Shown: in pieces, positions 38,995 to 52,045 of the stretch | Layout of the letters: each line of letters begins with the position of its first letter | Numbering within the stretch: the stretch's first letter is position 1 | Assembly (NCBI GenBank): GCA_028534125.1 | Contig: CM052816.1 | Coordinates: 37,326,001 to 37,390,000, forward strand | From: Lama glama | Taxonomy: Eukaryota | Length of the DNA stretch: 64,000 nt | Direction of reading: 5' to 3' | Position numbers and translations under genes: made by a program | The notes under the pieces: model-generated | Told to the model about the DNA's origin: nothing | The model's database searches: none | What the model saw: the letters and a program-made list of their open reading frames with translations, nothing else

Positions 38995-41900
38995 TTCTTA
39001 TTTTTTTCCAACTTTGGTTTATGAAAATTTTCAAACATAGAAAACTTGAATCTTAGTGTGTTTGCTTGTATGTGTATCTTCTAGGGTCAATAGTGGTCAC
39101 TATTTTGCCATATTTCCTTTATCCCGCTGTAATTTTTTTCTGAATCATTGGAAAGTAAGTTACACAGGTTACGGAACACCCCTCTCTTTCTCAGGCCTCA
39201 GATTTCTGCTGTGTTTCCAGCCAGAACATCTTAAACAAAGGGTAACACCATGTCCATGGTTGTAAAATTGTGAGCAACGGTGCCCGCATAGACCTGAGAG
39301 CCTTTTCCGCCCGGCGCCTCGGTGGGGACGCCAATGTGCCCGCTCCCCGGCCTGACTGGGCTACAGAGACTGATTTCACCAGATGCTGCGTGCTGGTCAG
39401 GTGATACAAACTGCAAATTAGGCAGTTAAGATTCATGGGATTGATTTTGATAATGAGACACAGGAACAGGAGGAAGAAGCAACAGATAAATTGCTTTTCC
39501 TCCCCCTCTTTCTCCACTCTTAAACTGTTTCAAGATGCAGTAGATTTTCACAGGCTTTCTGGAGGTCGCCAGGGAAGCCAAACAATCACTTGTGCAACTA
39601 TAGCCAGTTCCCTAACGCAGCCCCTAGTGATCACTGTCCCTCTCAAGCATGCTTCTCTGAAATTGCACCCCTGCCTCCTTTGAGTGTTAGCACAAATCCT
39701 TTTCTCTCAGGCTCTGTTTTCTAGGAAATTGGGAATCAGTACAATTGCCACCAGGAATGACACTAGAAAGGAGACCTTTGGGAGCTGGATTTTGGAGATG
39801 GATTGCTTTCCAGTCCGAAGGCAATAGAAGCCACATTGCTATCAGTGAAGGGACGGTAATAATACCTTGTAGGCAGTGACATCATGATGGTGGAGATGTC
39901 AGAACATGTCATGGGTGATCAAGAGGCTGCTACACATAACTGAATTGTCTGACATGGTTGTAACTACAAAGATACTAGTGTGGCTTGAGCATTTCTGATG
40001 GCAGTGAAAGTCTGGAAAAGACTGACAGGTGAATGGCAGCAGACTGTCAACATAAAAGTAGGTGGTGAAAACCAGAGGGCTTCTGTGAGCTTTAAAGGAG
40101 ACTCTCATCCTCCTGCAAACTTGGACCATGATCTGGGATTCTTCTCAGCCCTAACAGAGTCTGAAATACTGAACTTGAGACATCAAATGACTGTGGGCAA
40201 AAGCAGCCAATGATGAGCCAGCTTTTATCAGATCACTTGATTCCCATGTTTTGCAAGAGGAGAAGTAGCAACAATCCACTGGAAAATAGAAATGGTAGAT
40301 GAAGGATCAGGCTCAAGTCTTTCCGAATGGCATGAAAAACCTGGCTGAATCAGTGGTCTGGATTCCCTGGTCACCTACTTATCTTGCCCCATGAACACAT
40401 ATTGGTCTCCTAGGACATCGTCTATGGTCAACTGCAGAGGAAGAAAGGACTTTAGTCTGACTTTCAAATGAATAGATGTGGTATGTCAGTACTACCTGGA
40501 AATAGACTGCTGCTGTATTACAGCTCCTCTCACAGATTGCCATGAAGGGCAGCAATGAGAGAAAATTATCCAGGGTTCAGACTGTGAGTGGTACACTTAA
40601 TTGTCCATTTAATAAGAGATGGAGGTGGCCTGAGACAGATAAGATCTGACTTCTTGGCTGTAATGAATGATTGGGACGTTGGTCAAAAGCCTGAGAAGAC
40701 AACACTAAATGGTCAGGACACGCTCTATGAGGCACATGCACACATGCACACACACACACACATGAATGGACTTGGGAATGGGCAATACTTGTACATACAT
40801 TTCTGTCTCACTTTTGTAATGACCAGAGAACATTTTACAACAAGGTGGACAGGACTCCCCATCCTATGGAGGTCAGACATCCTCCTTCCTTGAGCACCCA
40901 ATGCATCCATTGGCACTAATAGAGCCCTCTCTTAGCAAGATGGAGATAACTTGCTTCCACTACTCACTATCCAGATTTCTAGCATCAGAAGCTAACCTTG
41001 CATCCCTGATGATTTCTCAGCAAAACTAGCTACCCAAATTAGGGCATGGAAGTTACTTTGAATTCCTTCCAGTCTGGAGAGGGCAGCACTGCATCCTTAT
41101 TGGAATTAGCATACACTCCAGATTTGGGCTTTCTTTCTCTGATTTCAAAATTTTAAGCATCACCATCACTCAAGGGCCCATAGAATGACAGACACATCCA
41201 TATTGTATCCTACAGAGCATCGCTTCAAATCAAAGGCCTGTTCATGGGAAAGAAAGTATAACAATTGACTTACAATCGTGGAATTGCTGATTTTACTATT
41301 TTATCCCAAAGCCCAGAAACTGCTAGCCTGATAAAATCATGAAGTAGCCTATTGGTGATAAAGCCGTATTAATCTCAGGCAATGGTAAATGCACAGTGGT
41401 ATGTCCTCAAGAGCTGGAAAACATTAGATTAAGAATCAAGAGGTAGAAATGAGATTGTTCCTTTTTATCCCCTCTCTCTTCACTTGTTTCTTCTCTTCCC
41501 TGAAAAGTAGGCTCTGCTGTGATTTGTAGGTAGGAGCGTGTGCTTCTGCCAAGAGACACAGTAAGAATTCCACTAAAGTGTCACTACTAACTGACCATTT
41601 ATGAATTTTTTCATCCTATTGAATTAGACTACGACAACAGTATTGGTACTGCTGAGGAAAATCAACCTTGAAGATCTTGAAATGTGGTTGTCACTGAACA
41701 TCAGGAAAGAGTATACCTCGGGCCCAGTGGGTTTACCTGGATTATGGCCAGTGGTACGTCTAAATGGGAAATTAGAAAAACTGTGGATCAACAGAGATGA
41801 GGCAATTAATGGTTTAGAATACTTGGGGAAGAAGTTCTGGAACAATTTACAAGGCAGCAACCCAGAATATCTGAAGATCTGGCCAAGTGTGATGAAAATC

Positions 41901-43080
41901 TAGAAAAAGGGATGGAGTAGGAAATGAAAAAAATACCAGTTTTGACCTAGAAGCAGCTGAACATGAGGGCAATAATTTGGTTTGCTAACAGCTGTTACCG
42001 AATCTCATAATCAGAGATTGCAACTACGCTTCACCTTGAAAAACTGGGCAGCATCTCCACTCAAAGAGCAGAGAGAGGCTTTGGATCTCACGTAAGACGT
42101 GGATGTGGTCAGATGATGCCAGTGGCTCTCAGTGTACAGTGAGCCACACCTTGCACAAGTTGTGTGCCCTTCCAGATCTGCTTGGCTGCTCTCCCACTAT
42201 CTGCACACCCAGCATGGCTGCTTGCCTTGCTTCCTGGCAAGCGTGGAGTTTGCAAGTTTCCTAACTATTTCAGTGATGCTAAGGCACCAGCCTATGTTTC
42301 TGACATGACTTGTATCACAAAGAATCCCACGTATATCATCTGCTGATGGGAGACACCCAGGACCAGGCCCTGGTGGGACTGTACCCACTGAGAATTATGT
42401 TTTACCAGTGGTTCCCTGGTGGGACCAAGGTTCAAGAGAGAACTTTCTATTGGGTAGACTTTGACCAACAAGAAATAAGACGTAGGAAGAAGTAACAGCT
42501 AAGTAGCTTGCCATCTCATGCCTACGTGCCTACAGGTACTATTCAAATAAACAGTAGCTTCATACAGCCTCTCTGGAGATTAACCAGCTGTGTTTATTTT
42601 GCAAAGCTATATCTCAAGTATTTAATTCACTCCTATTTTTACCTGTCCTCTGTGCCTTGCTTCCACTTTCTGTCACACTTTCTTCTCTGGGATTACACTC
42701 CAATACTGTATTAGCTCATCTAGGCTTGTCTCAGCCCGCTTCTAGGGAACATGAACTAAAACAAGATGTGATTCTTCGGGATGCATCTTTAAAAATAAAG
42801 GCATTCTTCTGCAAAACCACTGCACCATTACCACAGCAAAGAGTGTTAGTAATAATTCCATGCATATAATTGCATTATTTCCTAGAATATCTTTTCTAGC
42901 AATTCATTTTCAAATAGTATAGAAGCAATATTCACACACTGCATTTGTTGTTGTGTCTATTTGTTTTATTTTACTCTAAAACCCTCCCTGTCACCCTTTT
43001 TCATGAAGTTAATTTTTTGAAGTATTCAGGCTAGTATTTTTGAATGCTTCCTCATAGTGTCATTCACTTTGTGCTGCTAT
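38995..43080 (-). mobile_element. Old L1MC/ME 3'UTR split in two (38995-39190 and 42765-43080) by the ERVL insertion
   Basis: TTATGAAAATTTTCAAACATAGAAAA...TTTTCTGAATCATTGGAAAGTAAGTTACA resumes after the provirus with AAAGGCATTCTTCTGCAAAACCACTGCACCATTACCACA. Confidence 0.55.
39200..42760 (+). mobile_element. Degraded ERVL-class provirus: 5' LTR (~39200-39742), internal pol/integrase/dUTPase remnants, 3' LTR (~42104-42760)
   Basis: Integrase-like remnants GQHCILIGI (41080-41110), SIASNQ and PETASLI. ORF 41643..41903 resembles the ERVL dUTPase-region C-terminus (PVVRLNGKL). Both LTRs share AGGAAGAAG(C/T)AACAG(A/C)TAA and end in TCTCAG...TTCTAGG. Confidence 0.7.
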
Positions 43081-43609
43081 CTTCTTTGCCAGGGCCAGCA
43101 GAACATGAAAGGGGCTTCCAAGATACCATAATATGTAGATCTTGATTCTGAGATCCCAGTATCCACTACCGAATTTTCCACAAACTGCTTAGTGAATTTG
43201 TTTAGAGACAAACTCTCTCGTTTTTTGCCTCCTGTTATTAGACCTACTTTTAGGAACTTGACAATTCTTTATAAGGTCATTATTTCTCTGGTACTCTGTC
43301 ACATTTGTCTTATAAAAGACTCCTGTCTTTTATAAAGGTTTTCAAATCTGGAGCATTTCCTAGTCTTCTGTGGCAAATTTACTGTCTTTTTCATAGTATT
43401 AAACTTAGGCTGTGTTATATACAGTAGCTTTTTAAATTGTGCGCTGTTTGTTGGTTAATGTACTTTTATCTTTCTCCTATACTACAGAAATTAATTGCGA
43501 ACACTTCTATGTTGATAGATACACTTCTATTCTCCCCATACCTTTATTTCAAGTAATTTACAGCCATCTAATGAGCTCTAGAAAAGAAAAGGTTAAAAAC
43601 GCCGTTTAT

Positions 43610-43790
43610 AAAAACGTGGCTTGAAAGAGTTGTGTATCTCACATCTGCTTACGTCCGTTGGCACAAACTCAGTCACTGGTCACACACAGCTACAGTGGAG
43701 CCCGAGAAGGGCATTCTCCAGCCGGATAACACTTTTCTGCAAGAAAAGCCAGATTGTTCTATTACAACATGGAAGAATAAATCACGGAAT
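43610..43790 (-). mobile_element. MaLR LTR fragment (MLT1J-like)
   Basis: CACATCTGCTTACGTCCGTTGGCACAAACTCAGTCACTGGTCACACACAGCTACA matches the antisense old-MLT1 motif. Confidence 0.55.
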
Positions 43791-44022
43791 AATTAGCACT
43801 CTCAGTTACGCAGTTCCTCCTAAATTTCGGGGAACTTCGTGGCATGTTGAGGGATTCTAAAAGAGGTTACATTTGTTACCTTCTTATTTTGTAGTTGCTG
43901 ATTGTCCTGAATGGTGACCATTGTGTTTGTCCTCTCTATTACACTCTTTCTCGTTATTTCAACCATGTCATCTTCTATTTCTGACTTCACATTGAATATT
44001 TCAAACTCTTCTTTAATGTCAG

Positions 44023-44371
44023 TGCTCTAAACTGAATGTTTGTGTCCCCCACAAATTCTTATGTTAAATCCTTATATCCAATGTGATGGCATTAGGAGGT
44101 GGGACCTTTGGGGATGATTAGATCATGAGAGTAGAGCCCCCATGAGTGGGATTAGTGCCCTTAAAAAAAGAGACTCCACAGAGCTCCCTTACCCCTTCCT
44201 CCATGTGAGGACACTGCAAGAAGGCAGTCCATGAAACAGGAAGTGGGCTCTTCCCAAATGCCAATCTTTTGGCACCTTGATCTTGGACTTTCAGCCTCCA
44301 GAACTGTGAATAGTAAATTTCTGTGTACAAGCCACCCGGTTATGCTCTTCTGTTACAGCATAACTAACGCT
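44023..44371 (+). mobile_element. MaLR solo LTR (MLT1A-like)
   Basis: TGCTCTAAACTGAATGTTTGTGTCCCCC...GGCACCTTGATCTTGGACTTTCAGCCTCCAGAACTGTGA. 5-bp TSD GTCAG at 44018-44022 and 44372-44376. Confidence 0.9.
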
Positions 44372-44644
44372 GTCAGTAATAAGATATTCATAAATAAAAT
44401 TCTATAATTTACCCTTATATATTTCTTAATTCTGTAGTTTTGTTGCTTTGGGATTTCATCATTTTTTCCTTCATCCAATAAACTCACTCTTTAATCTCAT
44501 TCTGTTGTTTTGTCATCTTACCTTTGACCTCTAGTTTCAGTAAATTTATTATTAAGTTTCTCTTCAGAGTTTCATTTGTAGAAATGTCTTTTTTTTTCCT
44601 TCCCTGTGATTGCGTATTTTCTTTACACTTGGTCTGTTTTATTT

Positions 44645-45220
44645 TTTTTAATTTTTAAGTTTTTATGTTGAAGTAAAGTCAGATGCAATGTGTCAATTTC
44701 TGGTGTACAACATAATGTTTCAGTCATATGTATCTACACATATATTTGTTTTCATTATAGGTTACTACAAGATATTGAATATAGTTCCCCCTGCTATACA
44801 GAAGAAATCTGTTTTTTTAATCTGTTTTATATATAGTAGTTAGGATTTGCAAATCTTGAACTCCCAATTTATCCCTTCCCATCTCCTTTCCCCCCAGAAA
44901 CCACAAGTTTGTTTATATGTCTGGGTCTGGTGGGTTTTGTAGATAAGTCCATTAGTGTCATTTCTTCTTCTTCCTCCTATTTTTTAGATTCCACATATGA
45001 GTGATACTGTATGGTATTTATCTTTGTCTGGCTTACTTCACTTAGAAGGACAATCTCCAGGCCCATCCATTTTGCTGCAAATGGCATTATTTTATTCTTT
45101 TTTATGGCTGAGCAGTATTCCATTGTATAAATAGACCACAGTTTCTTTATCTGTTCATCTGTCAATGGACATTTAAGTTGTTTCCATGTCTTGGCTATTG
45201 TACATAGTGCTGCGATGAAC
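44645..45220 (-). mobile_element. Lineage-specific L1 3' end, 5'-truncated
   Basis: ORF 44977..45165 (KKLWSIYTMEYCSAIKKNKIMPFAAKWMGLE) is the ORF2p C-terminus, followed by a 3'UTR and a T-rich tail. Confidence 0.9.
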
Positions 45221-45570
45221 CTTGTTTTCTAATTTTTAAAATAGAATTTACTCAATTTTAAAATTTTCTTTTCTCTTTTAAAAAATATTACCTCTTATAT
45301 TTGCATTCTGCCACACATTTTCTTTTTAATACTCTCAAAATTAACATGATTAGCTTTGTTCAGATCTTGAAGTTGTTCTGACTTAATGTGCGTGTCCTAC
45401 ATGATACTCTTCCCTGTATAACTGAGAACTCCTTGCTTTCTGACTAAGTAGCAGTTTGAGGACTGAGTGTTGTGTTCTGTATACGATACCACTGTGAACA
45501 AGCAAGACTAAAGAATGGAAAAGATCAACAGGTGTTGTGTGGAGTCCTTTCTTGCAGAAATGCATAGTGC

Positions 45571-45954
45571 TATTATGGGCTGAATTAGATAGCCCCCCAA
45601 ATTCTCATGTTGAAGTCCTAAGCCTCATTAGTCAGAATGTGACTCTTTCGGAGATGGGGTCTTTAAAGAGGACAATAAATTAAAATGAAGGCATGCTAGC
45701 ATCGGCCATAATCCAACATGACTGGTGTCGTTATAGGAAGAGGAGATGAGGACACAGGCACAGGGATAGGAAGAACATGGGAAGACACAGGGAGAAGACG
45801 GTCATCTGCGAGCCAAGGAGAGAGCCCTGAAAAGAAACCCACCTTACAACACTTCGATCTCAGACTTCTAGCCTCCAGAACTGGGAGAAAAATTCCACTT
45901 GTTTAAGCCACCAGTCTGTGATACTTTGTTTTGGCAGCCTAGAAAACTGATACA
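45571..45954 (+). mobile_element. MaLR solo LTR (MLT1B/C-like)
   Basis: TATGGGCTGAATT...CAGAATGTGACT...GACTTCTAGCCTCCAGAACTG...GTTTAAGCCACCAGTCTGTG...AACTGATACA. Near-TSD AGTGC/AATGC. Confidence 0.9.
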
Positions 45955-46399
45955 AATGCTTTCTGCTTTCTCTTATGAGATTGTGTCAAATATCCTGTGC
46001 ACTGTTCAATCAACCATATTGGGTATGTTATCTTCCTGTGAATGTGTACAGTCTTGTGGTTTAGAAATTCAGCTCAATTCACTACAGAGAAATGAAAAGT
46101 GATATTTCTTGCCTCTGCTAACATGCTCAGATCCCATCACAGGAACATCTAATACAAAAGATATTTTGATTCCTTCTTGACCTCCAGCTCTTCCATTCTG
46201 CCTGCTTGTATTTATATTTCCAAGTTTGTTTTAATTTTCAGAATTACGAGAATTCAATTTGTTGTTTAATGCAGCTCTTCTCAGAATTAAATGTGTAGCC
46301 CAGGTGGAATTCTCTTCCATTTTTTTGTTTGTTTCAAATTGAAATCATATTTCATTACTTCATTCATTGCTCCCTTTACAGTTTTCTTAATTTTATTAT

Positions 46400-46742
46400 T
46401 GTCTTAGTCTGTTCAAGCTGCTATAACAAAATGCCACAGACTAGGTAGCTTATAAACAACATAAATTTATTTATTACAGTTCTAGAGTCTGGGAAGTCCA
46501 GGTTCGAGGAGCCAGCATGATTGTGTTTTGGTGAGGGTCTGCTTCCTGATTCATAGCTGGCTCCCTCTCAGTGTACAGTCACGTGGTGGAAGAGGCTAGG
46601 GGGCTGTGGAACCTCTTTTTTAAGGGCACTGATCCCATTCATGAGGGCTCCACCCTCATGATCTAAGCACTTCCCAAAGCCCCCACCTCCTAACACGATC
46701 ATTTTGGCTAGGATTTCAACATATGAATTTGGGACCATAGCA
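46400..46742 (-). mobile_element. MaLR solo LTR (MLT1A-like)
   Basis: TGTCTTAGTCTGTTCAAGCTGCTATAACAAAATGCCACAGACT...GGATTTCAACATATGAATTTGGGACCATAGCA. Near-TSD ATTAT/ATTAC. Confidence 0.9.
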
Positions 46743-48939
46743 ATTACTATGCTTATATTTAAATGGTAGAAACAGGAGCATCTTGTAGAATTCAACCATA
46801 AATAAGCTACATATAGCATTTAAAATACAACTATATTGCATCATAATATTTACATAAAAGGATTAGTTATGGGATATTATAATTCATATCAAATATTAGT
46901 TGACTTTAATCTTGCCTTCCTAGAAATTTGATATGAATAGACATGATAGAGTAGTTACTATCTCTTTCAAATTTATCCAGAGCGAACATACTTTTTTTCT
47001 TCCCCTCCAGGAGACAGAGATGTTCAGAATCATTGTTCTGACCTTAGACTTACACTTACACTTACACAGGTGGATTTAATAAATGTTTTTCTGTTGTCAA
47101 TACTGATGACAATGTTTCTCCCACTGAAAGTCATTTTTTACAGTAAGGGCTGACCCAACATCCTTTCTCTTTATCACTTTCTACCTCCACGGTTTATTCA
47201 AAGTTACAGGCACTGCTTCTCAGTTTCAGGTGAAAGCAGTTCCACCAGGAAGCAATACATCCTATTAAATCACTTTCTCAGTCATTGCTTCTGCAGGCTG
47301 CTGGCTCTGCACGTTTTGTAATTTCTCTAGAATGACGTAGAAAACCCTGCCATGTGATCAGCATGGCATCTTTATAAAAAGATCTTCAAACATCCCTCAC
47401 AGGCTCATCTTAACTAGGAAAGGGCAACATCCTTGTGACACATCTTGCCTCAGGTGGTACTCAGATGTTGGTGAAACATCTTTTGAAAGAGAATTCTTGA
47501 GTTGTGATGAAAAGCACAAGCTTTTGACCCTGTGTGTATGAATAGGTGATTTTCTCTTTATTATTACCTAAAGGCAGAGTATTTGGAAGTATTTTGGTCA
47601 ATGGAGCAAGTCTAGAATTCCTGAGAGGAACTGCTCACATTTTTCACCAGATTAGATAAGAAATAAAGGCAAGCACTCATATTTTTACTCAGTCCATATG
47701 ATCTTATACTAGTACTTAAAACATAAAAATAACTTTATTTAAAAAATAAACACAAAAGGATCATATTTTGTTGGTAACTTTAAAAACCTGCAAGACTTGA
47801 ATTGGGAATATTGGTAGAAATAATGACCATGATTTTTGGCAGTAATTCTAATTACTGAAATTTGAAATGAGAAAGGATCTGAACAGTGAGAGATCTTCAT
47901 TGCAAAATGTATAATATAAATTACTCTTAGTTAGTAATTGTAGTAATATAAAAGGAAACAAGAAAAGCCATGTGTTTACTGTGTTATTTATGTGTCTATA
48001 TATTAAAGAGATTTAATTTGACTGACTTGAAAAAAATATTTTCTAAATGAACTGAAAATTCTGATTAAAATATTTTTGCTATGAATGAGAGGCAAAGTGG
48101 CCTTAAAGTCAAAGTGGAAAGATCAAAATATCCACCACGAAAGAGTAAAAGCTAGAAGTATCTTGTATCTCCAGCTCCATACGTGAAATATGAGGGAGGA
48201 TAATTACCTAAATCAGGACGCAAGCAAATTAGCTTTATCATGGTGAAAGGAAGAAACTGGAACTCCTGGCCCTTCTACCAGATTAGCTTCTAATTAGTGG
48301 TGTAGTTTGTAGCAAACCATATTACCACTTTGGTTGCAGGCAGTAATCTTTAAAATAAGATTGTTACAGAATCTTTTGATTAGCTTTATTTCAATTCTGT
48401 CATGAATTTCACTTGCCCCTCCATTTGGTTAACCTGCCCTTCTCTTCAGCTACATCGCTTATATATTTGCACAGCTGAAGGAACTTAGATAATACAATTG
48501 CATGAGGAAGGACGTAGCTTGAGACAATGTGAAGAACTGGAGGATTTAAACCTCCAAGATGGAGAAGGCAGAAAGTAGGAAGAACTGAGCTTTAAAGAAG
48601 CACTTATGATTTAAATCTTTTAGTAGGTGCCATCCTAGGTAAAAATATTTTATTGTAAAGTAGTCTTTTGAAATAGCATTTTTGTATTCCTGCTGAAAAA
48701 TTAACATATTAACGCCTGTTCATCATAAATTATAAGAAAGAAAAAAACTATATAAATATACATTTTATGTTTTTTTCAGTATCTACTTAAAATAAGGCCT
48801 GTTTCCATTTTGAGTCCTTTTCATGTGCTAAGAAGTGTAGTAAATATTTTATGTAAATAATACAACTAAGAAAATAACCTTTCCCAACTTATGTGCCACT
48901 TTTTAAATTTCCAATAGAGAACATATTCAATGAAATTTT

Positions 48940-49235
48940 AAAAATTGGGATTGTAATAAAATACAAACAACATAAAATGTACTACCCTAACTAATGTTAA
49001 GTGTACAGTTGAGCAGTATCAAGTATATTCACATTGTTGTGCAGCCAATCTCCAAAACTCCTTACCTTGCAAAACTGAAACTCTATACCCATTAAGCAAC
49101 TCTATATTCCCACCCCCGAACCTGCCAGTGGTAATCACCATTCTGCTTCCTGTCCCCATGAGTTTGACTGCTCTAGGTACCTGTGCCTAGGTATCAAGAG
49201 TACTTATACTTAGATATTAAGTGGAACATACAGTA

Positions 49236-49272
<37 letters not shown>

Positions 49273-50085
49273 GTGTGTGTGTGTGACTGGCTTCTTTTCA
49301 CTTAACAGAGCATCCTCAAGGTTCATCCATGTTGTTGAACATGTCAAAAAGCCTGTACCAAAATTTCCTTCCTTTTTGAGGCTGAATAATATTCCAGTGT
49401 TTGTATATGCATCTGTTATTTGGTTTATCCATTAACCCCCTGATGGGCAGCTAGGTAGCTTCTACATCTTGGCTATTGTAAACAATACTGCAATGTACAT
49501 GGGTACACAAATATCTCTTCCAAACTCTGCTTTCAAGTCTTTTGAAAATGGAATTGCTGGGTCATGTGATAATTCTTGTTTAAATTTTTTGAGGACCCAC
49601 CATACTGTTTTCCATAATGGCACATCATTTTACATTCCTACCAACAGTGTGTAAGAGTTCTAATTTCCCCACATCCTTACTAACCCTTGTTGTTTTCTGG
49701 ATTTTGTTGTTGTTTGTCTGTGTTTATTTTTGGTTTTTGCAGAGTTACTGTTCTAATAGGGGAAGAATGGCACCTCACTGATATTTTGATTTGTAATCAA
49801 TAAATAATGATGTTGAACATCTTTTCATATGCTTGTTAGCTATTTTTGTATTTTCTTTGGAGAAATATCTTTTTGAGTCTGTTGCCTAATTTTTAGTCAG
49901 ATTTTTTTTGGTGGTAGTTGCTCAATTTTAGAAATTCTTCATATAGTCTTTATATTCTCCTTATCAGATATATGATTTGCAAATATTTTCTCCCATTCCA
50001 TAGATTGCTTTCCACTGTTGATTGTGCCCCTTGATGCGCAGAAATTTTAAATTTTGGTATAGTCCAATTTCATCTATTTTTACTA
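48940..50085 (-). mobile_element. L1MB-type 3' portion
   Basis: AAGTGTACAGTT...TATATTCACATTGTTGTGCAGCCAATCTCC...CTTGCAAAACTGAAACTCTATACCCATTAA; ATCAGATATATGATTTGCAAATATTTTCTCCCATTC. Confidence 0.9.
49238..49285 (+). repeat. (TG)n microsatellite, 48 bp with one CG interruption, inside L1MB
   Basis: Read directly. Confidence 0.95.
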
Positions 50086-51627
50086 AGCTAAGTCATAAGA
50101 GCTTTAAATTATTAGAATTGTGTTAGAAGCACTAGATGTAGTGATTCTTGCTACCAGTTGAAGAACAAAGACTGATTCCATTAAAGCATTTGTGTTATAA
50201 ATATCACAGCTAATTTGAAGAAATAAGTGTCTAGAACATAAGCTCACAGAAATCTGGACCCTTCCTATATATACATCATGAATTTGTTGAGTAAATTGTT
50301 GAAGAGCAAGAAGGTGAGATTATTTTCATCAATATTGAGTATTTATTTCTCTTACACATTTACACGTTTATGTTGCCAGATTATTTTGCCTGTTTGCTTG
50401 GCTTGCTGCTGTAGTATTTATTGGGCATGTTATAGCCCATAAGCTGGATTCGACTTTCTCGAATGCACCAGTGCAACATAACATCACTCATTCAAATTTT
50501 TGTCTTTAGTCTAGACTAAATTTGTGTTTACACATTTATCCATTCAGCTTAATCATTTGACTCTCGGGAAATTTTGCTAACTTTGATTAATAAAATAAAA
50601 ATGTACTTGCTAAAAACTGGTTTACTTAATGCTTCAAAATCCAGTGTCTTTTCAAATATCTTGTTCACTAAATATTTAAATAAATTATAACTGCTTAAAG
50701 AACTCTGGTACCTTGTCCTTGTCAGAGTTAATAGTCAACAGAGAAATCCTTGGGTCAAATGAAGACTAATGTTCAGATAAATGAAGCATAATTGGCAACA
50801 ATTTTTCATTCTGTTAATTTTCTCCATAGCAATTTCAGATACTGAACTGTGACAACTTGGACTTAGATTGTCCCAGGTATTCTTTTGATACCTGGGACAA
50901 TCACTAGTCTGACTTGCACTGACATCCTACAGACTGTTTAGTATGAGCTGTAGATCATTGCCTAAGGCTCATATACTCAAATGACCTTCCTTAAATGATA
51001 CTTTCATGTTGTTCTGTTTTAACTATAATAAAATGAAATTTTGTCCTACACTGCTTAAATAATATTTTCCAGTCCAGTAGCATTTTAATGCTTTTATAAA
51101 TTCAGATCAGAAAAATGTTAAAATATTTGAGATTCAAAGCAAAATATCACAAAGTATTGTGATTTGTGAATGAGGAGGGCAAAAATGTTTGAAAAGAAAA
51201 TAGGACAATTAGTCTGATTTAGTATTTTCTCCTGTTAGGCTGGTACTAACACTAAATAAACTGCTGATGAAGTGTTATTGTTTAGAATATAATTAATAAC
51301 AAATAGACTTATTCTCTGTATCAACACATCATGTCAACTGGCATAGCCTAGGGAGATGGAAAATAATTCTTAAAACCAAACATAGTTTGAATGAACTATA
51401 TTTGAATAAGGGCAATCAAATTTTTCTATTACATGTAATCCAACTCTACCTGGGTGTAAAACATCTGAGCATAATTGATGAAGAGGTGGTAAATCTTAAA
51501 ATATAATTACTTAAAAATTTTTTCATTCAAGTATGCTGTATATATATATGTATATACAGAATATATATACGTGTTACCATGGATTCACATATACATATGT
51601 TACCAAATTGCTAAGAAAAAAAATTAA

Positions 51628-52045
51628 TGTGTTAAGCTGCATCCTTTGAGGAGTAGACACTGAGATGAAAATAAATGCTCAAGAAATTTACTAGTAGAAA
51701 TGCTTATGAGAGAAAGTGGAAGTAATTAGCTGAGGATGGAAGAGCTGTCAAATGGAGGATGACCTGGAGTGAGGGAAAGAGAAAGAAAAAAGGAAGCTTA
51801 TGGGGAACGATTGCAGACTCTAGTGCTAATCTAAGAAATGTGCAGCAAAATTGTTAGCAAGAGCTCAAGCCAAAGTTACCCATTCCTGTGTCCCCCAGCA
51901 ATGGGCCAGCCTTAGTGTCTCTGCCACACTCAGTCATTAGGTGAGACCAGTCTGCTGCAAGTATGATCTTACTAGAAACATAGCAATGGATTTCAGAGTG
52001 AAAAGCCCAGGGCTTTCAGTCAATTATGCTTCCTGTAGTAGGAAA
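51628..52045 (-). mobile_element. ERVL-type solo LTR (LTR16-like)
   Basis: TGTGTTAAGCTG...GAGTAGACACTGAGATG...AAGAAATTTA and CCTTAGTGTCTCTGCCACACTCAGTCATTAGG. Confidence 0.55.
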
